From assembly GCA_964482195.1 (NCBI GenBank), contig CAYZWL010000003.1:6643-70642 (forward strand): a DNA stretch of 64,000 nucleotides. The letters run 5' to 3'. This DNA comes from an uncultured Alteromonadaceae bacterium (GTDB lineage: Bacteria > Pseudomonadota > Gammaproteobacteria > Pseudomonadales > Halieaceae). This document shows, in pieces, positions 39,799-49,324 of the stretch (its first letter is position 1; each line of letters begins with the position of its first letter). The notes beneath the pieces are model-generated. The model was not told where the DNA came from, did no database searches, and saw nothing but the letters and a program-made list of their open reading frames with translations. Position numbers and translations under genes: made by a program.

Positions 39799-40955
39799 TG
39801 AATCACCTCCAAGGCACCGTCCATCATGGCCCTTCGGGCAATAATGACGCGCATGATTTCGTTGGTTCCCTCAAGAATCTGGTGTACGCGAGTGTCGCGT
39901 ACATAGCGCTCCATCGGGTACTCGCGAATGTATCCATACCCACCAAACATCTGCAGGGCGTCGTTACAGACCTTGAAGCCCACATCAGTAGCGAACCGCT
40001 TGGCCATGGCGCAATAGGTAGTCGCCTGGCTGTTGCCCGCGTCGAGCTTGGCCGCGGCCATGCGCACCATCTGCCGGGCAGCCACCAGCTCGGTCAGCAT
40101 GTCAGCCAGCTGGAACTGGGTGTGTTGGAAATCCGCAATCGCCGTATCGAATTGTTTGCGATCGGCCACGTAGTCCATGGCATCGCTGAGCGCCTTCTGG
40201 GCGGTACCCACCGAGCAAGTGGCGATATTGATACGACCACCGTCCAAACCTTCCATCGCAATCGCAAAGCCCTGACCCTCTTCGCCAAGGCGATTGGCCA
40301 CCGGCACCCGCACATTCTCAAACATCACCATACGGGTGGGCTGGGCATTCCAACCCATTTTGTGCTCTTTCTTGCCGTAGCTGACACCTTCGGCGTCGGC
40401 GGGAATCAACAGCGCGGTCACGCCCTTGGGGCCGGGCCCACCGGTGCGGGTCATCACCACCAGCACGTCGGTATCGCCGGCACCGGAGATAAACACCTTG
40501 CTGCCGTTAACGACATAGTGATCACCATCCTGCACCGCTGTTGTGCGCAGGGAGGCCGCATCAGAACCGGCGCCCGGCTCGGTCAGGCAATACGATGCCA
40601 GAATTTCGCCCGTCACCAATTGCGGACACCACTGCTCGATCACGGCTTCACTGCAGTACTTGCCGATCATGTTGGTGGCCATGTTGTGAATGGTCAGGAA
40701 CGCCGCTGTGACCGTGCAGCCCTTGGCGAGCTCCTCAACGATCAGGCTGGCGTCGAGTCTGCCCATGCCCAGACCACCCGCGCGCTCCGGCGTGTACATG
40801 CCCATAAAGCCCAACTCACCGGCCTCGCGCAGGGCGTCCTTGGCAAAAATGCTCTCCGCGTCCCAGCGGGCCGCATTGGGCGCGAGCGCCTTTTCAGCAA
40901 AAGCGCGAGCGCTGGCGATATAGGCCTGCTGCTCGTCGTTCAGTTCGAAATCCAT
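39795..40955 (-). CDS. acyl-CoA dehydrogenase (isobutyryl-CoA dehydrogenase-like)
   Basis: The 386-aa product has CLTEPGAGSDA, FGGYGYIREYPMERYVRDTRVHQILEGTNEI and other ACAD hallmarks. It overlaps the downstream hydratase by 4 nt. Confidence 0.9.
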   Translation of the reverse strand: MDFELNDEQQAYIASARAFAEKALAPNAARWDAESIFAKDALREAGELGFMGMYTPERAGGLGMGRLDASLIVEELAKGCTVTAAFLTIHNMATNMIGKYCSEAVIEQWCPQLVTGEILASYCLTEPGAGSDAASLRTTAVQDGDHYVVNGSKVFISGAGDTDVLVVMTRTGGPGPKGVTALLIPADAEGVSYGKKEHKMGWNAQPTRMVMFENVRVPVANRLGEEGQGFAIAMEGLDGGRINIATCSVGTAQKALSDAMDYVADRKQFDTAIADFQHTQFQLADMLTELVAARQMVRMAAAKLDAGNSQATTYCAMAKRFATDVGFKVCNDALQMFGGYGYIREYPMERYVRDTRVHQILEGTNEIMRVIIARRAMMDGALEVIQ

Positions 40956-41103
40956 TGTTGTTATCTGACCCTCTTCGGTGGCGGGCGACGGTGCGCCGGG
41001 CGTCTGCCCAGTTCGCGCACCGAATCAGCGACAGCGGCTCGCGCCCCTGCAGTGAAATTGGCGACCGATTGTAACAGCGCCAACGGGCAAAATTTTTCGA
41101 AAA

Positions 41104-42276
41104 TCAGTCTTCCCGGGGCATCGTGAACTGCTCGAGCAGGGAGTCGTGTTGGCCCAGCAACGGGGGTGGTCGTTGATAGTCCACCGGCGTGCGCGACAGC
41201 TTGATTGGGCAACCAACGAGCTTGAGATCTGGGTTCTCCGGATGGGGCACATCCACCAGCATGTCGCGGGCGGCGACCTGGGGCTGAGCAAAGGCTTCCG
41301 CGACCGAGTTGATGGGACCACAGGGCACGTTGCGAGCGGTGAGCCCATCGATCCAGTGTTGGCTGGGAGCTGCGCGCAACCGCTCGGCAATCAACGGAAT
41401 CAGCTCGGCCCGATGATTGACTCGCCGGTCATTGCTGCGAAACCGCTCATCGCTAATGAGTTCTGGCAGACCCAGGACTTCGCAGAACTGCGCGAACTGG
41501 CCGTCGTTCCCCACTGCCACCACCATGTGGCCATCGGCCGTCTCAAAACTCTGGTAGGGCACGATCGACAGATGAGCATTGCCCACCCGGTGCGGGTTCA
41601 GCCCCCCCACGACCCAATTGGCCGCCTGATTGGCCAGCGCCGCCAGCGTGACATCGAGCAGGGCAACATCGACGTGCTGCCCGAGCCCGGACCGCTCCCT
41701 TTCGGCCAGCGCCGCCAGCGTGCCAATGGCACCGTAGAGCCCGGTCATGATGTCGCTCAGCGCTACCCCCACTTTCTGAGGCTCACCCGCAGGATCACCG
41801 GTGATGCTCATCAAACCACCCATAGCCTGGACCAACAGGTCATAGCCCGGCCGCTGAGCGAGCGGTCCGGTTTGGCCAAAACCGGTGATAGAACAGTAGA
41901 TCAGACCCGGGTTGTCGGCGCTCAAGGTGTCGTAATCCAGCCCCAACTCTGCCGCACCACCGGCCTTGAAATTCTCAATCACAATGTCGGCATGGCGGGC
42001 GATATCGCGCACCCGGGCCAGCCCCGCCGGGTCCTTCAGGTCGATTTGTAGCGAGTACTTACCCCGGTTTGTACTCAGAAAATAGGCAGATTCTCCGCTG
42101 GAATTGCCGCGCTCATCAGACATCCACGGAGGTCCCCAACTGCGGGTATCGTCGCCTCGACCGGGTCGCTCGATCTTGATGACCTCGGCGCCCAGATCCG
42201 CAAAGATCTGGGAGGCCCAGGGTCCCGCAAGCACCCGCGACAGATCCAAAACCCGAATATGCGACAACGTGCCCAT
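41104..42276 (-). CDS. CaiB/BaiF family III CoA-transferase
   Basis: ATG 42276 gives MGTLSHIRVLDLSRVLAGPWASQIFADLGAEVIKIERP, a classic family III CoA-transferase N-terminus. Confidence 0.85.
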   Translation of the reverse strand: MGTLSHIRVLDLSRVLAGPWASQIFADLGAEVIKIERPGRGDDTRSWGPPWMSDERGNSSGESAYFLSTNRGKYSLQIDLKDPAGLARVRDIARHADIVIENFKAGGAAELGLDYDTLSADNPGLIYCSITGFGQTGPLAQRPGYDLLVQAMGGLMSITGDPAGEPQKVGVALSDIMTGLYGAIGTLAALAERERSGLGQHVDVALLDVTLAALANQAANWVVGGLNPHRVGNAHLSIVPYQSFETADGHMVVAVGNDGQFAQFCEVLGLPELISDERFRSNDRRVNHRAELIPLIAERLRAAPSQHWIDGLTARNVPCGPINSVAEAFAQPQVAARDMLVDVPHPENPDLKLVGCPIKLSRTPVDYQRPPPLLGQHDSLLEQFTMPRED

Positions 42277-42400
42277 CAACAACTCCCAAAGACCGTCGTG
42301 AGTGAAATCCTCGAACGTCGTATCATCCCGGACTGACGCTGTATTGAAACACCCAGTCGGGGTTGCCAACCCTCTTTCCGCCGGCCCAGGACCGCTTGCC

Positions 42401-43234
42401 ATGACGCCGCTCGCTACATTCGCCGATGCCATCGCGCCACTCATTACCGCAGTGGACAGCACCGATTTTCCGAGGCTGCTGGTGGAGGCGCTCAAACCCA
42501 TGGTGGCGGCCGACGACGGTTCGGTGCTGCTCTACGACGAGGGCAGACTGCCCCAGATCGTGCTCAGCCAGCCGGTGGCCGGCAGCGACCGCACCACCCT
42601 CGACGCCTACCTCAAAGGGCCTTTCCTGCTGGATCCGTTCTACCGAAAGGCGGCCTATCATCAAGCTTACGGCGTCTTTCGCCTCACCGATTTGGCACCC
42701 CGGGGCTTCAAGGAGAGCGAGTACTACAACAGCTGGTATCGCAACTGTGGCTACGAGGACGAATGCGGCCTGCTCATCGACCTCGGCGGCAATCGTTTTC
42801 TCAATATCGCCCTGGGGGTGACCACTCCTGGCGCACGCTTCAACAAACGCCAGGCCGGCATCATCACGGATGCCTTCCCGGCACTCGCCGCCCTGTGCCA
42901 ACACCACTGGCGGGAACGCAAGACCCCGCCCGCCACCGAAGGCCTGCGCACCCAGTTGCACGCATCGCTGGCGGCGTTTGGCGCCAGCGTGCTCACCAAA
43001 CGAGAGCGCCAAGTCACCGAACTGGTACTGCTGGGCAACAGTACCCGGGTGATCGCAGAAAAACTGGGCATCTCCACCGAGACCGTCAAACTGCATCGCA
43101 AGCACGCCTACGCCAAACTCGATGTGTCTTCCCAGGCCGAGCTGTTCTACCTGTTCATGGAGGCGCTCGCCCACAGCCCGGGGGCACCCGGCGTCGACCC
43201 ACTGATCGCCTACCACAGCAAGCCCGGCGCCTGA
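42401..43234 (+). CDS. LuxR-family transcriptional regulator (C-terminal HTH, uncharacterised N-terminal sensor domain)
   Basis: C-terminal LTKRERQVTELVLLGNSTRVIAEKLGISTETVKLHRKHAYAKL. ATG 42401 chosen. The longer ORF start would run closer to the divergent gene. Confidence 0.75.
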   Translation: MTPLATFADAIAPLITAVDSTDFPRLLVEALKPMVAADDGSVLLYDEGRLPQIVLSQPVAGSDRTTLDAYLKGPFLLDPFYRKAAYHQAYGVFRLTDLAPRGFKESEYYNSWYRNCGYEDECGLLIDLGGNRFLNIALGVTTPGARFNKRQAGIITDAFPALAALCQHHWRERKTPPATEGLRTQLHASLAAFGASVLTKRERQVTELVLLGNSTRVIAEKLGISTETVKLHRKHAYAKLDVSSQAELFYLFMEALAHSPGAPGVDPLIAYHSKPGA

Positions 43235-43353
43235 GTCGAACTCGACACACCACGTCCGGGCTAGGCCGCCCACCCCTTAGGGGTGATGCCCGGCTGTCAT
43301 CAGTGTGAAAGCATTGCGCCATTCCCAAAATCCAGTTCGCCGGAGCAGCAACC

Positions 43354-44721
43354 GTGACCGCCCAACTCGACAGCCAGACCCTCAAGCGCCTCGACCGCGC
43401 CCATCACCTGCACCCCTTCACTGACTTCCACGAGTACGCGGAACACGGTGGGCGCATCGTCAGTCGCGCCGAACACGTTTACATCTACGACTCGGACGGC
43501 AATAAAATCCAGGACGCGATGTCAGGTCTCTGGTGCTGCAACCTGGGCTACAGCCAAGACAGCATCAAGCAGGCAGTAGCTCAGCAGCTCAATGAGCTGC
43601 CCTTCTACAACAACTTCTTCAAATGCTCGAACCAGCCCGCCGTAGAGCTGGCGAGCAAACTCGCCGAGCTGACACCCGAGCGCTTTCAGCACGTGTTCTT
43701 CACGAACTCAGGCAGCGAAGCCAACGATACCCAGATCAAGCTCGTACACCGCTACTTTGACCTGCTCGGCAAGCCCAACAAGAAGCACATCATCAGCCGT
43801 AAGAACGCCTACCACGGCAGTACCATCGCCGCGGGCTCGCTCGGTGGCATGTCGATGATGCATGAGCAGACCATGGGTCTGAACTACATCCACCACATCA
43901 ACCAGCCCCACTGGTTCGAGAATGGCGGTGACATGGACCCCAACGATTTCGGCTTGGCAATGGCCCGTGAGCTCGAAGCCAAAATCGATGAGCTGGGCGA
44001 AGACAACGTCGCTGCGTTTATCGCCGAACCTATTCAGGGCGCGGGCGGCGTCATCATTCCGCCGGATAGCTACTGGCCTGAAGTGAAGCGCATCCTCGAT
44101 GAGCGCGACATCCTATTCATCTCCGACGAGGTGATTTGTGGCTTTGGCCGTACCGGTGAGTGGTTTGGCTGTGAAACCTACGGTACCGAACCCGACCTGA
44201 TCACTTTTGCGAAGGCTGTGACCAATGGTTACATGCCGCTGGGTGGTTCTTTGGTCAGCGACAAAATCGCGGATGTGTTGTTGTCCAAGGGCGGCGAATT
44301 CGCGCACGGATTGACCTACTCGGGCCACCCGGCCTCCTGCGCCGCAGGCTTGGCCACCATGGCGATCCTCGAAAACACCAACGTCATCGCCGAAGCCAAC
44401 AACACCCTGGCACCTCACTTTGCCCGGCAATTGGCCACTCTCGAAGACCACCCCATCGTCGGCCAAGTTCGGGTCAAAGGCCTGGTGGCCGCCGTGGAAC
44501 TGGTGCGTGACAAGTCCAGCCGCGAGCGCATCGCGCCGGATTCCGCCGCAGCCGTCTACTGCCGTGATCAAGCCAACAAGCACGGTTTGATGGTGCGTCA
44601 GACCGGTGACGCCATGATCATGGCGCCACCCTTCGTCACCACCCTCGCTGAAGTTGACCAACTCGTGACGACGCTGAGCACCGCGCTCGACCTGACAGCG
44701 AGCCAGTTCAGCATTCGCTGA
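43354..44721 (+). CDS. class-III (omega) aminotransferase, PLP-dependent
   Basis: GTG start after GGAG. Motifs [38 protein letters not shown] and [13 protein letters not shown] (PLP-Lys). Confidence 0.9.
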   Translation: MTAQLDSQTLKRLDRAHHLHPFTDFHEYAEHGGRIVSRAEHVYIYDSDGNKIQDAMSGLWCCNLGYSQDSIKQAVAQQLNELPFYNNFFKCSNQPAVELASKLAELTPERFQHVFFTNSGSEANDTQIKLVHRYFDLLGKPNKKHIISRKNAYHGSTIAAGSLGGMSMMHEQTMGLNYIHHINQPHWFENGGDMDPNDFGLAMARELEAKIDELGEDNVAAFIAEPIQGAGGVIIPPDSYWPEVKRILDERDILFISDEVICGFGRTGEWFGCETYGTEPDLITFAKAVTNGYMPLGGSLVSDKIADVLLSKGGEFAHGLTYSGHPASCAAGLATMAILENTNVIAEANNTLAPHFARQLATLEDHPIVGQVRVKGLVAAVELVRDKSSRERIAPDSAAAVYCRDQANKHGLMVRQTGDAMIMAPPFVTTLAEVDQLVTTLSTALDLTASQFSIR

Positions 44722-44737
44722 GGCTGATCCGCTTATG

Positions 44738-44764
44738 CCATCGTGCCGTAATTCGGCACGATGG
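44738..44764 (+). promoter_or_regulatory. perfect 11-bp-stem hairpin spanning the start codon of the downstream gene
   Basis: ccatcgtgccg-taatt-cggcacgatgg. The 3' arm contains ATG 44761-44763. It sits 17 nt after the aminotransferase stop. Confidence 0.5.
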
Positions 44765-45303
44765 ACTTACAAATCTTCAAAACGATCCGCGACTGGCAGC
44801 TCACCGAGCGCGCCTGGTTCAATGCCGTGTGGTTCCAGAGCACTTGGTTTGCCTGCGTGCTGGGTCGGGACAGCTGGATACCGGCCGCACTGGCGCTGAT
44901 CGCGCTGCACTTTGTACTGGTGCCCCAGGCTGCGAGCGAAGCGCGGCGTCTCGCGCCTCTGGTTCTCGCAGGCGTCGGCGTCGACGGCGCGCTGAGCCTG
45001 ACGGGTGTATTTGATTTCGGGCCCGGCGTATTGCTACCCGCCTGGCTACTGCTGCTCTGGGTCGCTTTTGCCACAACCCTGAATCGTAGTCTCGCCGTAT
45101 TTGGTCGTTTTCGCTGGCTAGCGGCTGCGGTCGGGGGTGTTGCCGTGCCCTTCAACTATGCGGTGGGTGCCAAATTCGGTGCCGTCAGCTTTCCGATGAC
45201 GCCGATCACCACCGCGGCTATCCTGATCCCCATCTGGGCGATTTTGCTGCCCAGTCTGTATCGTTGGGCCGTCGTTCCCACCGCTATCGAGGAAATCCCA
45301 TGA
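44761..45303 (+). CDS. DUF2878-like integral membrane protein
   Basis: The 180-aa product has 4-5 hydrophobic segments and a WFNAVWFQSTWFACVLG N-terminal motif. It is a clear paralogue of the ORF at 48727-49287. The family name is from memory. Confidence 0.6.
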   Translation: MDLQIFKTIRDWQLTERAWFNAVWFQSTWFACVLGRDSWIPAALALIALHFVLVPQAASEARRLAPLVLAGVGVDGALSLTGVFDFGPGVLLPAWLLLLWVAFATTLNRSLAVFGRFRWLAAAVGGVAVPFNYAVGAKFGAVSFPMTPITTAAILIPIWAILLPSLYRWAVVPTAIEEIP

Positions 45304-45809
45304 AACGCTTTGCTTTGGCGCTGGCACTGACGACGTCGCTATCTGCTCACGCCGAGATGGTCGCCGCACCTGATCAGGCTGCGTTGCAAAAATGCGGTGA
45401 AGCCAAACTCTCGGTACTGTTCTGGGAGGTTTATGAATCCTCGCTGTACACCCCGACAGGCGCCTATGAACAGGGCACCCGTCCCCTGCGCCTGGAAATC
45501 CGCTATCTGAGGGACATCCGCGGTGGCGACCTGGTCAAACAAACCAAAAAGGAATGGGACGCACAGGGGCTGGCACACCCCAACCAATCAACCTGGCTGG
45601 CTCGCCTGACCGAGCTTTGGCCGGACGTTAGCGAAGACGATGTGATCGCCCTGCATCTTGATGACCGCAACATCTCGCGCTTTACCCTGAACGGCGAGAC
45701 CATCGGTACGATTGAGGACCCCGATTTCGGCGAGCAATTCGCAGCCATATGGTTGTCGCCCAACACCACCCGGCCCGAGCTCAGACAGGCACTGATCGGC
45801 GAGGGCTGA
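45300..45809 (+). CDS. chalcone-isomerase-like family protein, secreted
   Basis: ATG 45300 overlaps the upstream stop. Signal peptide MKRFALALALTTSLSAHA. The KLSVLFWEVYESSLY...LEIRYLRDI pattern is typical of bacterial CHI-like proteins. Confidence 0.65.
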   Translation: MKRFALALALTTSLSAHAEMVAAPDQAALQKCGEAKLSVLFWEVYESSLYTPTGAYEQGTRPLRLEIRYLRDIRGGDLVKQTKKEWDAQGLAHPNQSTWLARLTELWPDVSEDDVIALHLDDRNISRFTLNGETIGTIEDPDFGEQFAAIWLSPNTTRPELRQALIGEG

Positions 45810-45812
45810 TGA

Positions 45813-47408
45813 TCAGGCGGCGGGATTCACTTCGGCGTACTGGGCTGCCAGACGACGACGGATCTCTGCCAGCCCCGGTGATGCCGCCAATTGCTCGTGT
45901 CCAAGCATCAGGGACACCATGCTACGTCGACGCAACAGGTCTTCAGGGGTCACCACCATTTCCCGGCTCAGCAGCACTTCAAGTTCGGCTCGGATCAAGG
46001 CCACACCGGGAAACAACGGCGCCACGGATTCGGGTTCGCGCTGGAGCTGTGCCAGCACCTTGAACGCGTCATCACCATAGCGCCGCCAGAGCAAGGTCGA
46101 CAATGGCGCGTCGGCACCTGCAGGTGTATGGGCGTCGATGGCCTGGGTGGTGGCAGCGGCGATGAAGGCAGCCCGCTGAGCCTCACCCGGCTCACCGTAC
46201 CAAGCCACACCCTTGTCGACACCGGTCACGCCAAGGTCAGCCAATTGATCGACCAGTTCATCTCCAACATTGAGACAATCCGTGAGCTTTCCACCAAAAA
46301 TGCTCACGTATCGCCGCTCTCGATCGACTTCGATTTCGTGTTTGCGCGACAGTTGTACCCAATCCCTGCCCGCTGTTTCGCCCGCCACGGCCAGCGGCCG
46401 CACCCCGACACGCTCGGCGATGATATCCGCCCGGGTCAGGGGCTGGGGTAGCGCCAGTAGCTCATTGGCGTTGGCCAACACGAAATCACGATCGGCATCG
46501 CAGACAACAACGTGATCGTCTTCCACCTGAGTATCGGTGGTGCCAATGCATGTGCGATTGCCCATGGGAATGACAAAGAACAACCGGCCGTCGCTGGCAA
46601 AAAAAGTCAGCACCCGAGTGACGCTGCCAATTCGCGGCACGATCAGATGAATACCTTTGGAGAGTAAATGGCGATGGTCGGTCTGCGCCGACACCTGCTG
46701 GTTGAGCGCATCCACGGCGGGGCCCGCCGCATTGATGACGGCACGGGCGCTGAGCTTGATTTGCCCCTGGCCCCGGCGATCACCCAGTTGCGCCCGCCAC
46801 AGGCCTTTGCCCGGCTCCCATCTGAGCGCATCGACACCCAGGTAGTTCGCCGCGAGTGCACCGGCGTCGATCGCCCGGCGCACGAAGCCGAAAACGAACC
46901 TGGCGTCGTTTTCAACCAGATAGCAATCAGAGTACTCGAGGCCGCCGACAACCTCATCGACAGCGACTTCCGGCGCCTCGGTGGCAATCTGGCGGCGCCG
47001 CAAGTACCGCGGGAAGCGAAGGCGGCCATCACCCATGACCCAATACAGCAGTGCACCCATCCAGACAAACACCGGCCAGAACCGGAACCCGCGACGAATA
47101 CTGGTGAAAAAACGGATTTCACGGACCCTCGACGGGTAAGCATCCATCAGGCGGTTGCGCGAGCGGCACAACTTGCGAACCAGACCAAACTCCCTGGATT
47201 CGAGGTATTTGATACCACCCCAGGCCAGATTCGAGGACTGGGAGCTCACACCCGCGGCAAAATCTGCCGCGTCCACGAGGGCCACCGATACACCATTACC
47301 CGCCAGGGCCGCAGCAGCCACCGCGCCGTTGATGCCTCCACCCACGACGAGCACATCGACCGCGGTTCCATCGAGTGCCTGCAACTGTGCTTGCCGCTCG
47401 AGACTCAT
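45813..47408 (-). CDS. FAD-dependent glycerol-3-phosphate dehydrogenase/oxidase family protein (GlpD-like)
   Basis: DVLVVGGGINGAVAAAAL dinucleotide fold, SSQSSNLAWGGIKYLE, and a C-terminal alpha-helical DAO_C-like region (...DLLRRRS). Confidence 0.8.
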   Translation of the reverse strand: MSLERQAQLQALDGTAVDVLVVGGGINGAVAAAALAGNGVSVALVDAADFAAGVSSQSSNLAWGGIKYLESREFGLVRKLCRSRNRLMDAYPSRVREIRFFTSIRRGFRFWPVFVWMGALLYWVMGDGRLRFPRYLRRRQIATEAPEVAVDEVVGGLEYSDCYLVENDARFVFGFVRRAIDAGALAANYLGVDALRWEPGKGLWRAQLGDRRGQGQIKLSARAVINAAGPAVDALNQQVSAQTDHRHLLSKGIHLIVPRIGSVTRVLTFFASDGRLFFVIPMGNRTCIGTTDTQVEDDHVVVCDADRDFVLANANELLALPQPLTRADIIAERVGVRPLAVAGETAGRDWVQLSRKHEIEVDRERRYVSIFGGKLTDCLNVGDELVDQLADLGVTGVDKGVAWYGEPGEAQRAAFIAAATTQAIDAHTPAGADAPLSTLLWRRYGDDAFKVLAQLQREPESVAPLFPGVALIRAELEVLLSREMVVTPEDLLRRRSMVSLMLGHEQLAASPGLAEIRRRLAAQYAEVNPAA

Positions 47409-47524
47409 GCCACTTTACTCCACATGTTGTTGATTCTAGGCCATTCCCGATGACAACGCCGTGACGTCAGGCAGCATTTTCGCGCAATGTTAGACTCGGC
47501 CTCCGCCCGACAACCGGTCACGCC

Positions 47525-48607
47525 ATGCTGCAAGCTGTACACGAAAGCTACCGAGGACTCGAATACGTTTGGGGACGCAAACAACATCCACCCGTCGGTG
47601 AACCCATGGAAGTTGGGCCCGGCGTTTGGTGGATCCGGCTCGCGATGCCCGGCTCGCTCGATCACATCAACGTTTGGCTGCTTGAAGACGGAGACGGGTG
47701 GACCATCGTGGATACCGGGCTTGCGCTGCCCGATACCCAGCAGACCTGGGAAAAGATCTTCGCCGACAAGCTGGATGGCAAGACCGTCAAACGGGTGATC
47801 TGCACCCATTTGCACCCGGACCATACCGGTCTTGCGGGCTGGCTCTGCGAACGCTTTGACTGCGAGCTGTGGATGACCCGTGAGGAGTATCTGCTGGGGC
47901 GCCTCATGATGGGTTACACCCCGGAACAACTGCCCCCTGACGGGGTCGCCTTCTACCGGGCGACCGGCTTCAATGAGGCGCAGTTGGACCAGTACCGGCA
48001 GCGCTTCGGCGGCTTCGGCAAATTTACAACACCGCTTCCCCATCACTATCGGCGCATGGTCGACCGGGAAACCCTGAGCATCAACGGCCGCTACTGGCAG
48101 GTCATGGTGGGCCGGGGCCACTCCCCCGAACACGCCTGTCTGTACTGTCCCGGGCTAAAACTGATTATCGGCGGCGATCAGATATTGCCGCGAATTACGC
48201 CGAACGTGTCGGTATTTCCCACCGAACCGGAAGGAAATCCCCTCGAAGAGTGGATGAGTAGCAACAGCCGTCTGATCGATTTGCTGCCCCCGGATCTACT
48301 GGTATTACCCGCGCACCAGGCACCGTACACCGGCCTGCATACACGCCTGAACCAAATCATTGACGGCCACCGACTGGCCCTGTCACGTCTCTATGACGCG
48401 CTGGAAACACCGCACCGGGTCGTGGACTGCTTTGGGTACATGTTTAAGCGACCCATCAGCGATAACGAATTGCAGATGGCGACGGGTGAAACCCTCGCCC
48501 ATCTCAATTACCTGCTGCATCGCGGCAACGTGCACCGGGACACCGACGACAGTGGCGTGCACTGGTATCGACAAAATCCAGACACCCGCTACTTCGACAC
48601 CGACTGA
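47525..48607 (+). CDS. MBL-fold metallo-hydrolase
   Basis: CTHLHPDHTG (HxHxDH), downstream GHSPEH and PAHQ. The start is uncertain; an alternative ATG lies at 47606. Confidence 0.8.
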   Translation: MLQAVHESYRGLEYVWGRKQHPPVGEPMEVGPGVWWIRLAMPGSLDHINVWLLEDGDGWTIVDTGLALPDTQQTWEKIFADKLDGKTVKRVICTHLHPDHTGLAGWLCERFDCELWMTREEYLLGRLMMGYTPEQLPPDGVAFYRATGFNEAQLDQYRQRFGGFGKFTTPLPHHYRRMVDRETLSINGRYWQVMVGRGHSPEHACLYCPGLKLIIGGDQILPRITPNVSVFPTEPEGNPLEEWMSSNSRLIDLLPPDLLVLPAHQAPYTGLHTRLNQIIDGHRLALSRLYDALETPHRVVDCFGYMFKRPISDNELQMATGETLAHLNYLLHRGNVHRDTDDSGVHWYRQNPDTRYFDTD

Positions 48608-48726
48608 GCCCATCTCAGGGTCAGCAGTCGCCCCGCTGTCGGCCCATTTCATCACCCACAAGCAATCCATTTCCGTGCGGGGACGCGTAAAGGTGGTCGT
48701 CAAACCACTTGCTATCGTCACGGGAC

Positions 48727-49287
48727 ATGAACAACAACTGGGTTTCGAGGCTCACCAACCTCGCCTGGTATCAGGCCATCTGGTTCAGCGCCGTTCTGGG
48801 CGGGGAAACCCTCGCCTGGCTCGCCTTTGGCCTACTGCTCGCACACCTCATCTGGGTCAACGACTGGAAAGGTCAGTTAATGCTGATGCTCGTTGCCGCG
48901 GTGATGGGCGGGGGCATCGATGCCCTGATAGCCGCGGGCGGTTACTACCAATTTGAAGCGACTGATAATGGGCTGCCCTTGCCACTTTGGCTCATCGCCA
49001 TCTGGATGGGCTTCGCGGGCACCTTGCGCCACAGCATGTCCTGGCTGGTCGCCCGACCCAAGATGATGGTGGCGCTGGCCCTGTTCGGCGCACCGTTGAC
49101 CTATTTATCGGCAGCACGACTCGGGGCTGTGGACTTCCCCATGGGTTCGCTCAACACGGCGCTGTTGATCGGTCTCAACTGGATGGCGGTACTCCCCACC
49201 CTGCTCGCACTGAACGCCTATTTGCTAAAGCAAAGCCGCAACTCACAGACACTGACCGAACTTACGATCAACCGTGAACAGACCTGA
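48727..49287 (+). CDS. DUF2878-like integral membrane protein (paralogue of 44761-45303)
   Basis: Shares LAWYQAIWFSAVLGG and ...GAPLTYLSAARLGAVDFPM blocks with the first copy. ATG 48727 preferred over TTG 48709. Confidence 0.6.
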   Translation: MNNNWVSRLTNLAWYQAIWFSAVLGGETLAWLAFGLLLAHLIWVNDWKGQLMLMLVAAVMGGGIDALIAAGGYYQFEATDNGLPLPLWLIAIWMGFAGTLRHSMSWLVARPKMMVALALFGAPLTYLSAARLGAVDFPMGSLNTALLIGLNWMAVLPTLLALNAYLLKQSRNSQTLTELTINREQT

Positions 49288-49324
49288 CACCCCATCGGTC
49301 GCACTATTTATCTCGAGGCAATCC

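Noticed and set aside
40956-41103. Possible sigma-70 promoter (tacaat preceded by ttgccc/ttttgc on the minus strand) for the valine-catabolism operon.
   Set aside because: The spacing between any -35-like hexamer and the -10-like tacaat does not fit 16-18 nt, so it cannot be supported without 5'-end data.
43256-43293. Nested hairpin after the LuxR-type gene: outer stem ccgggc/gcccgg, inner stem cacccc-tta-ggggtg.
   Set aside because: The stems are short with an internal bulge and there is no downstream U-tract. It could be a weak terminator or nothing. The support is too weak to call it a feature.
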